A DNA stretch of 64,000 bases from Chloroflexota bacterium (GTDB lineage Bacteria > Chloroflexota > Dehalococcoidia > Lucifugimonadales > UBA3495), in the NCBI GenBank assembly GCA_027623675.1, contig JAQBVF010000004.1:1-64000 (forward strand), in the 5' to 3' direction. A model generated the notes under the pieces. The model was not told where the DNA came from, made no database searches, and was given only the letters and a program-made list of their open reading frames with translations. The translations under genes and the position numbers were made by a program. Shown here piece by piece: positions 57,368 to 64,000 of the stretch (position 1 is the first letter of the stretch; each line of letters opens with the position of its first letter).

Positions 57368-58339
57368 ATGAGAGCTGCGAGACTTGTCGGACCCAAACTC
57401 TTTGAATTCGTGGATGCCGAAACGCCGGTGGCCAACGACGGCCAGGTCCTGATCAAACTGGAGCGCGTGTCGGTCTGCGGCAGCGACTGCCGTCACGGGT
57501 TCAATATCCATCCCGAAGAAGAATATCCCATGGACGTCGGCCGGCCCTGCCACGAACTGGCCGGGGTTATCGTCGAGAGCCGTACCGATGAATACCAAGA
57601 GGGTCAACGGGTGATTGCCATCCCGGAGCGGGGCTCCGGCGGGCTGGTGGAATACATGACGTCCGACCCCAGCCGGATGATTCTGCTGCCCGATGAAGGG
57701 CCATTGGACGAATGGGTGATGTGCCAGCCCTCGGGCACGGTACTCTACTCCTGCCAGCAGATGCCGAACATTCTGGGCAAGAACGTTTTGATCCTGGGAC
57801 AGGGGAGCATCGGACTCAGCTTCTCAATGATCACCTCGCGGATGGGGGCCTCCAGCGTCACCGTGGTCGACCCGCTGGACTACCGGCTCAACAAGTCCCG
57901 GGACCTGTTCGGGTCTACCCACCAGATCAACCCCAACAAAGAGAACCTGGATGAAGCCGTTCTGGAGATCACCGGCGGGGTCGGCCCCGACGTGGTGGTT
58001 GAGGCCGCCGGCTATCCCAACACGTTCAACGATTGCTTCCGGCTGGTGCGTCAATTCGGCACCATCATCATATTCGGCGTCCAGGCCGACGACTTCGTGC
58101 CCATCGAGCATAGCTGGATCATGGACAAGCAACCCCGCATGATCGGCACCACCGGCGCCCGCAGCGGAGACCCCACCTCCCAGATCAAACACATGGTGGC
58201 CCTCAGGCAGCGGGGCTGGTGCGACCCTGCCAATCTGATCACTCACCGCATGGGCTTTACAGACGTTCAAAAAGCCTACGACATGTATGATCAACAGCAG
58301 GACGAAATCGTTAAAGTGGTGATAAACATCAACGAATAG
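57368..58339 (+). CDS. Zinc-binding dehydrogenase (MDR family, no structural Zn loop)
   Basis: VCGSD, CHELAG, LGQGSIG, VVEAAG, LITH. Confidence 0.88.
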   Translation: MRAARLVGPKLFEFVDAETPVANDGQVLIKLERVSVCGSDCRHGFNIHPEEEYPMDVGRPCHELAGVIVESRTDEYQEGQRVIAIPERGSGGLVEYMTSDPSRMILLPDEGPLDEWVMCQPSGTVLYSCQQMPNILGKNVLILGQGSIGLSFSMITSRMGASSVTVVDPLDYRLNKSRDLFGSTHQINPNKENLDEAVLEITGGVGPDVVVEAAGYPNTFNDCFRLVRQFGTIIIFGVQADDFVPIEHSWIMDKQPRMIGTTGARSGDPTSQIKHMVALRQRGWCDPANLITHRMGFTDVQKAYDMYDQQQDEIVKVVININE

Positions 58340-58429
58340 TCTATCGCCCGGCTCCCCCGGTGTTATTTGGCGGTACGACCGGGTAGCGTGGGCCAGAAAA
58401 GTGGGCCAGAAGTGTAGTGAAGAGGTGTT

Positions 58430-59452
58430 GTGATGGTGAAGCCGGCTTTCGAGATAAAGATGGTCAGGGAGAATCTGGACCTGTCCATGGCCCTGTTGCA
58501 GGCGGTCGGAGAAGAAAAGGTGACCGCCAAACAGCTATTTAGGAACGGCCCTGATGATATGTTCGTCGCTTTCGCGGTGGATAATCAGGGGCCCAGCCAG
58601 ATCGAATTGACGCGGCGCGCAGCCAATCAGACTCGCGCCGCGTTTGCGTTAGCCGTGATACAGACCCAACGCAGTTTGGACCGGGTCTTCAAAACCCCAC
58701 CCATCCCTGAAAATTCCTCTGGAAAAACCTTCGAAGACCACCCCGAAGTGAACCCCGACCTACAGGCGGCGCGGTGTGTGATGTTCCTACTGAACAACAC
58801 TGTGGCGCCCAACCTGTTCAGCCCGGTCTGGAACTGCCCGCCCCAGTACCGGCGTCAGTTCGAGGTGCGGCCAATCAGCCTGCTGTTGGACGCCGAACTG
58901 CTCCACGGCAAGGCGCTCAGTTGGGACCATGTGGGAGGCTTGCACCAATTCCTCGATCTGCTGGTGTATTTCGCCAACTGTATCGAAGACCTGCCTGAGC
59001 TCGAGAAACCGGCCGGCGCGGCGTCACCCACACCGGCCAGAAATATCGAAGAGGCGGTCATCGAGCGACGGGATGGTTCCGTCGGCCCAGCTTCAGATTC
59101 AGAGCGGCAGCAAGAGACACTGGCCACGCCACCGCCTGCCGCCGCCGTCGACGCCGCCGTGGCGCGATTCGTTGCCGAGCGGTGCAAGTTGGGCAGCCAG
59201 AATCTGGTCATCGCCAAAGACCTGTACGCCGATTTCCAGGAGTGGTGCCGGGGATCCGGATTGGACGACGTTTCGCAACGCAGCTTTGGTATGCAACTCA
59301 CGGCGATGGGCTTGCAGCGCCGCCGCCGTGGCCGGGGCAAGCACTGGTGGGACGGCATCCGGCTGTCCGGCCAGGTGAAGCCGGAACTTGAGGAAGAGCT
59401 TGAAACGGCGAACGGCCGCTACGGTGGTTTTCAGCCTGAATTGACCACCTAG
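58430..59452 (+). CDS. Hypothetical protein with a C-terminal phage/plasmid primase (P4/D5)-type winged-helix domain
   Basis: VARFVAERC..AKDLYADFQEWC..VSQRSFGMQL..G..RRR..WDGIRL. Confidence 0.7.
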   Translation: MMVKPAFEIKMVRENLDLSMALLQAVGEEKVTAKQLFRNGPDDMFVAFAVDNQGPSQIELTRRAANQTRAAFALAVIQTQRSLDRVFKTPPIPENSSGKTFEDHPEVNPDLQAARCVMFLLNNTVAPNLFSPVWNCPPQYRRQFEVRPISLLLDAELLHGKALSWDHVGGLHQFLDLLVYFANCIEDLPELEKPAGAASPTPARNIEEAVIERRDGSVGPASDSERQQETLATPPPAAAVDAAVARFVAERCKLGSQNLVIAKDLYADFQEWCRGSGLDDVSQRSFGMQLTAMGLQRRRRGRGKHWWDGIRLSGQVKPELEEELETANGRYGGFQPELTT

Positions 59453-59735
59453 GTCTCGGAAAAACACCGAAACACCGAAACGCCCGCTAGCCTTGGGAAC
59501 TCCGAGGCTGGCTTTCGCCCAGTCAACAGCCCGGTTGGCCGAGATTGCCGCAGCAGCCCTTCCGGGTCCGAAGTTTGGTGAAGGTGTTGGCCACAACCAG
59601 CCGCAGCTTTCGCCAGATAGGCATGGGCTGCTTAAAGTTATCCCAGGGTTGAAAGGTCCGTTGGTCTCGACCGCACATGATTGCCGGATTATGACAGTCG
59701 GGTAGAATACGGGCAACCTGGACCAGGAGCCTGCC

Positions 59736-61106
59736 ATGCCTAACACCCCCGCTATTCCCGATTACCTCAACCGTCTCTCCCGGTTCGTTTGCGAGACCCG
59801 CTTGGAAGACCTCGAGCCATCCACCGTATCCGCCGCCAAGTCGGTGGTGCTGGACACATTGGGCGCGATGCTGGCCGGAAGCCGCCTACCCGAGAACCGC
59901 AAACTGGCTCAGTTGGCCGCCAAGACCGGTGGGCCAGGACCAGCCACTCTCCTGGGGCAGCCCGGTTCAACCTCGGCTGTTTTCGCGGCCCTTTCCAACG
60001 CCACGGCCGGCGTCGCCCTGGAGATGGACGAGGGCAACCGCCAAGGGGGAGGGCACGCGGCCATCCATGTCGTACCGGCGGCGTTGGCCGTGGCTGAAGA
60101 AAGGGGCGCCAGCGGCAAGGAATTTTTGGAGAGCGTCATCGCCGGTTATGAGGTTACCTCACGCATCGGCTCGGGCACCCAGGTTAAGAAGGCCGTCCAT
60201 TCCCACGGCACCTGGGGGACCTTCGGTTCGGCGGTCGCCACTGCCAAACTGATGGGATTTGACGAAGGGCAGATGGTCCAGGCCATCAACATCGCCGCCT
60301 CCATGAGTCCGGCCAACACCTGGACGCCGTGTTTGGAGGGCGCCACCGTCCGAAACCTCTATCCCGGCCGCTCGGGCTTCCAAGGAATCATGGCGGCCCA
60401 AATTACCCTGTGCGGTTTCACCGGGCTGGCCGACGGCCCGGCTGACATCTACACGTCGCTGCTGGGCGACGGCTTTGACCCGGACGCCGTGGTGAAAGAC
60501 CTGGGCGTTCCCGGCGCCTACCGCATCCAGCAGAACTACTTCAAACTCCACGCCTGCTGCCTCTACAACCACCCGGTACTGGATGGGGTGCAGACCCTTT
60601 TGGGCCGGGAGGGGTTCGCCGCTGAGGAAGTGGAACGTATCGATGTCCAGGCGCCGGCCCTGGCGATGATTATGACTGACCCGGAGCCAGCGAACATGCT
60701 GGCCGCCAAGTTCTCGCTTCCCTACGCGGTGGCGACTGCGGTGGTGCACAAGACCACCGGTATCACGGCGTTCTATCCGGAGCGGGTGAATGACCCGGAG
60801 ACCCTGGCCCTGGCTCGGCGGGTGGCCATATCGGCTGACCCGGCGATGGACCTGCGCCGTTATGACTACCCGGCAGCCAAGGTGTCCATCGCGCTCAAGG
60901 ACGGCCGCACATTGAGCGAGGACGTCGTCGCCCACCACGGCGACGCCCGTAATCCGGCGTCACGCGAGGAATTGGAGGGGAAGTTCAATCTCTTGACCCA
61001 AGACGTTCTGGGCGAAGACGGAGCGGCCAGGGTCATTGAGACGGCGGGTCATCTGGACGCCTTGGGGAACATCCGGGACCTGACAAGATTGTTGAGACCC
61101 AGCTAG
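59736..61106 (+). CDS. MmgE/PrpD family protein
   Basis: LDTLGAMLAG, LEMDE, GGH..VVPAALA, GYEV, FKLHACC, AKFSLPY. Confidence 0.92.
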   Translation: MPNTPAIPDYLNRLSRFVCETRLEDLEPSTVSAAKSVVLDTLGAMLAGSRLPENRKLAQLAAKTGGPGPATLLGQPGSTSAVFAALSNATAGVALEMDEGNRQGGGHAAIHVVPAALAVAEERGASGKEFLESVIAGYEVTSRIGSGTQVKKAVHSHGTWGTFGSAVATAKLMGFDEGQMVQAINIAASMSPANTWTPCLEGATVRNLYPGRSGFQGIMAAQITLCGFTGLADGPADIYTSLLGDGFDPDAVVKDLGVPGAYRIQQNYFKLHACCLYNHPVLDGVQTLLGREGFAAEEVERIDVQAPALAMIMTDPEPANMLAAKFSLPYAVATAVVHKTTGITAFYPERVNDPETLALARRVAISADPAMDLRRYDYPAAKVSIALKDGRTLSEDVVAHHGDARNPASREELEGKFNLLTQDVLGEDGAARVIETAGHLDALGNIRDLTRLLRPS

Positions 61107-61128
61107 GGGCAGCGGGGCGGTCCTGGGA

Positions 61129-61848
61129 TCACCGGCCGCGCCCGTCGCCCCACAGAATGATGTGCAGCCGGGTGGTGAATCGGAACCCGTGCTTTGCGCA
61201 CACGTCAGGCAGCCACGAACTGTTCCTCGCCAAGGCGGCTGGCGTCCGGCCCTCGGGCATCAGGAGGACCCGCTCCGACGGCAGTCCGTATTTCTCCTGC
61301 AGCGCGCACACCTCGGTAACATCCTGCTCCCCGGTCACGACAAATTTGAAGTAGGCCGTCGGCAGTTGGGCGAACGCCTCCAGGGCTTGGGGAATCTCCC
61401 GCGCCTCGGGTGAATTGCTCGAAGTGCGCAGCTTGGGGGACACGTTCCATTGGCTGATGTGCCTCAGCATCCCCGGCAGTGGCGCGATGGTCCCGTTGGT
61501 CTCGACTTCGAAGGTATAACCGGCCGCGGCCAGCGATTCGGTCAATGGCTCCAACTCCGCTTGTTGCAGCAAGGGCTCGCCGCCGGTTATCACCACGTGA
61601 GAGCAGTCGAACGCCCGGATGCGCCGCTCTAGATCGGCCGCGGTCAGCTCCATCACCTCGGTCTGATAATCGAAGTTTTGCCAGTCCCAGGTGTATTTGG
61701 TGTCGCACCAGGCGCAGGCCAGATTGCAAGTGGCCAGGCGCAAGAACACCGAGGGGACGCCCATGGAGACACCCTCGCCCTGAATGGAGTGGAATATCTC
61801 GGGTTTGCCTCCTGAGCGTCGGCTTACTTTTAGCATCAACGGCGGCAT
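61129..61848 (-). CDS. queE: 7-carboxy-7-deazaguanine synthase
   Basis: EIFHSIQGEG, FLRLATCNLACAWCDT, TGGEPL, ETNG, VSPK. Confidence 0.95.
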   Translation of the reverse strand: MPPLMLKVSRRSGGKPEIFHSIQGEGVSMGVPSVFLRLATCNLACAWCDTKYTWDWQNFDYQTEVMELTAADLERRIRAFDCSHVVITGGEPLLQQAELEPLTESLAAAGYTFEVETNGTIAPLPGMLRHISQWNVSPKLRTSSNSPEAREIPQALEAFAQLPTAYFKFVVTGEQDVTEVCALQEKYGLPSERVLLMPEGRTPAALARNSSWLPDVCAKHGFRFTTRLHIILWGDGRGR

Positions 61849-61851
61849 CCC

Positions 61852-62583
61852 CTAGTTGGGCAGGGCCGGGTCGAGATAACCGGCGTCCCTGAAGCCGTTG
61901 GCCCTCAAAATGCAGCTATCGCACCGCCCGCAGGGGACCTCCTCCCCTTGGTAGCAACTCCAGGTGAGCTCCAGAGGAGCGCGGAGTTCAATGCCCAGCC
62001 GCACGATATCGGCCTTGGACATCGCGATTATCGGCGTTTCGATCTGCAATGGGACCTGGTACTCGGTCCAGAGCTTGCTGCCGTAGCCCAGGGACTCGCC
62101 CATCTTCTCGAAGAATTCGGGACGGCAGTCGGGGTAGCCGCTGTAATCGACGGCGTTGGGGGCCATGTAGAGCATGGCTTGGACGTCGGCCGGAGAGACG
62201 CCTTCGATCTCGATTGCGTGCAGCGCCTGGCTCTCCAGGTAGGCGGCGGCCAGGGCCAGGAAGATGGTGTTGCGCAGGGGCACATAGGTGATGGGGATGC
62301 TGTTGCCCATCTGGGCAGCGTCGCGGTCTTCGGGCATGGGGAAGCGGCCGGGGTTGGTGAGGGCCGAGTACCACGCCACCTTGCCCAAGAAAGAGATGTC
62401 CATCAATTCCTGGGGAATGGCCAAAGAGCGGGCAACCGCCTCGGCGCAATACACCTCTTTGCTGTGGACCTGGCCGTAGTGAAAAGTTAGGGCCGACAAG
62501 TGGTCGGTCCTGTCCTTGGCGAAGGCCGTAACGGTGGTGGAGTCCAGCCCTCCGGACAGCAGGCTGATGCCGTAGCTGGGCAT
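61852..62583 (-). CDS. queC: 7-cyano-7-deazaguanine synthase
   Basis: SGGLDS, TYVPLRN, DYSGYPDCR, TWSCY..CGRCDSC..R. Confidence 0.97.
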   Translation of the reverse strand: MPSYGISLLSGGLDSTTVTAFAKDRTDHLSALTFHYGQVHSKEVYCAEAVARSLAIPQELMDISFLGKVAWYSALTNPGRFPMPEDRDAAQMGNSIPITYVPLRNTIFLALAAAYLESQALHAIEIEGVSPADVQAMLYMAPNAVDYSGYPDCRPEFFEKMGESLGYGSKLWTEYQVPLQIETPIIAMSKADIVRLGIELRAPLELTWSCYQGEEVPCGRCDSCILRANGFRDAGYLDPALPN

Positions 62584-62587
62584 GGAC

Positions 62588-63007
62588 TTAGCTGCCCCCG
62601 TGGTATTCGGCGTATTGGTTCACCGACTCCCAGAGCCGGACCTTGGCCGGAGTGATGCCGCATAGTTCCACCGTCTTCTCGTACAACTCCCGGCTCATTA
62701 CCTCGCAAGACGGGTTCTGGTCTTGGAACTGGTAAAGCCGCACCAGGCTCGTGTTGGCGAGCCCGGCGATGAGTTCGCTGTCTCTGCTATTCACCAAGAA
62801 GGCGTGGTCCCAATTCTCGTCCACCCACGATTTGACCCGGTCCTTGAGGCTGGTGAAATCGTAGACCAGGCCCAGGCTGTTCAAGACCGGCGACTCCAAG
62901 AAGACTTCGGCCCGGTAGGTGTGGCCGTGGGGGTAGGCGCATTTGCCTTGATAGTCCAACAGGCGGTGGCCGCTGTCAAAGGTGAATTCGATTCGTATCT
63001 GGTACAT
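62588..63007 (-). CDS. queD: 6-carboxy-5,6,7,8-tetrahydropterin synthase
   Basis: FDSGHRL, C..PHGHTY, DF..LK, WDH, NPSCE, LWES; start 63007 or 63028. Confidence 0.92.
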   Translation of the reverse strand: MYQIRIEFTFDSGHRLLDYQGKCAYPHGHTYRAEVFLESPVLNSLGLVYDFTSLKDRVKSWVDENWDHAFLVNSRDSELIAGLANTSLVRLYQFQDQNPSCEVMSRELYEKTVELCGITPAKVRLWESVNQYAEYHGGS

Positions 63008-63037
63008 AGATCGGGGGTGGGGTCTCAACCGCGAGGG

Positions 63038-63472
63038 TTATTTGCTGTCTTTGGCGCGGTTATATTCCACGGTCACCGCGGTATGCAATCCGCCACGGAC
63101 CTTGTAGTCCAGGGTGATCTTCATGGATTGGGGCTGGCAGACGGCCACCAGGTCGTTGAGTATGCGGTTGGCGGCATGCTCCTGGACGATGCCCACGTCC
63201 CGGTAGGACAGCAGGTAGAACTTCAGCGATTTCAGCTCGATGCAGGAATCGCTGGGGACGTAGAAGATGCGCAGGTCACCGTAGTCGGGCAGTCCGGTCC
63301 ACGGGCATACGGCGGTGAATTCGTCGGTGTCTATCTCAACCTGGGACTGCTGGTCGGGGTATTCGTACCGGAAGGTGAGCAGGCATTCGGGGTTGATCGC
63401 CTCCTCCCCCTTGGCCGGCAGCTCCTGGTCCAAGCCTTGGTACTGTTCTTTCAAATCTCTGATGGTTGCCAT
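63038..63472 (-). CDS. queF: preQ1 synthase (single-domain type)
   Basis: EFTAVCPWTGLPDYG, IELKSLKFYL, RGG; ATG after GGAGG. Confidence 0.94.
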   Translation of the reverse strand: MATIRDLKEQYQGLDQELPAKGEEAINPECLLTFRYEYPDQQSQVEIDTDEFTAVCPWTGLPDYGDLRIFYVPSDSCIELKSLKFYLLSYRDVGIVQEHAANRILNDLVAVCQPQSMKITLDYKVRGGLHTAVTVEYNRAKDSK

Positions 63473-63537
63473 GCGCGCCTCCGTGGTGCCGTCCCGTTGG
63501 GTATCGTTCGCTTGATGTTCGCCGGGGCCTGGCAATA

Positions 63538-63567
63538 ATGATAGGTGGCTAGGCTGAGGGGTGTCAA
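63538..63567 (-). promoter_or_regulatory. sigma70-type promoter for the que operon
   Basis: TTGACA-N18-TATCAT. Confidence 0.7.
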
Positions 63568-63692
63568 AGCGTGTTGCGCGGTCCGGTGGCCGGAGATAAG
63601 ATACGGGCACCCTGGTTGGAGTCCGGTTGGGAGAGCATATCGCCATGGCTCAAGCAGGCCTCGAAGCCCATTCGTTGAAAGGTTTGGACGCC

Positions 63693-64000
63693 ATGTCCAT
63701 AGAGCAGGCACAGACGCTGTCTTTCCAAGAACGAGATGCACTGCTGGACCTGATCATCGCCGATGGCCGCCACGACGCCACCGGGGCGGTCTCCTACCGC
63801 TCGGGCATGTACACCGATTACTTCGAGGAAGACCTGACCCGGATGCTCAAGGTGAAGGCGGTCAAGGTCTACGTGCGGGGCACCACCTCCTCTAACTTCG
63901 ACGGACAGGTGGTCGGCGTGACCTTCATGGAGCAGTACCGGGCCTGTTTCCGGCACGTGGAGACCACGCTTGCGGCGGCCAGGACCAACTTTAGCCGCGT
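63693..64000 (+). CDS. RidA/YjgF-like protein, cut by the window edge
   Basis: Open frame MSIEQAQ..VYVRGTTSSNFDGQVVGVTFMEQYRACFRHVETTLAAA resembles the Rid core; not in the ORF track because it has no stop. Confidence 0.55.
   Translation, partial: MSIEQAQTLSFQERDALLDLIIADGRHDATGAVSYRSGMYTDYFEEDLTRMLKVKAVKVYVRGTTSSNFDGQVVGVTFMEQYRACFRHVETTLAAARTNFSR

Noticed and set aside
61129..63472. queCDE as a 7-deazaguanine DNA-modification (dpd) defence cluster
   Set aside because: The cluster includes queF and lacks dpdA/tgt-like or other dpd genes, so it fits ordinary queuosine precursor synthesis. No preQ1 riboswitch was recognisable.
63506..63520. GTTC-N7-GTTC alphaproteobacterial-type LexA repeat in the queF leader
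   Set aside because: Wrong operator type for the inferred lineage and an implausible target; probably chance.

Overview
GC-rich bacterial chromosome segment. Gene content and order, a Gram-positive-type LexA box and typical enzyme families (NIPSNAP, SMP-30, VOC, PrpD, TcuA, PAC2) suggest Chloroflexota, class Dehalococcoidia or SAR202-like; this is an inference. About 1-35 kb is mostly housekeeping: tRNA-Val, rplS, priA, def, CCA enzyme, secDF, nfo, pgpA, rpsB-tsf-pyrH-frr-uppS-cdsA-dxr-rseP-ispG, proS, pheST-moeA and infC-rpmI-rplT. About 35-64 kb holds catabolic and accessory genes and a queF-queD-queC-queE operon. The standout is a compact, closely coupled operon at 48768-51684 (-) encoding a Zn-ribbon protein, a phage terminase large subunit and an HK97-type portal. 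No capsid, protease, tail, integrase or lysis gene was recognised in the window. Its leader has a sigma70-type promoter followed at once by an intrinsic terminator and flanked by 11-bp inverted repeats. A second operon of similar design (Zn-ribbon plus a RuvC-like protein with altered catalytic residues) lies behind a perfect LexA box at 27926-27939. An orphan protein ending in a phage-primase-type winged helix lies at 58430-59452. Together these may be a domesticated, dispersed phage-derived (GTA-like) DNA packaging system; this is a hypothesis. All annotations come from motif recognition by eye; no database searches were run.
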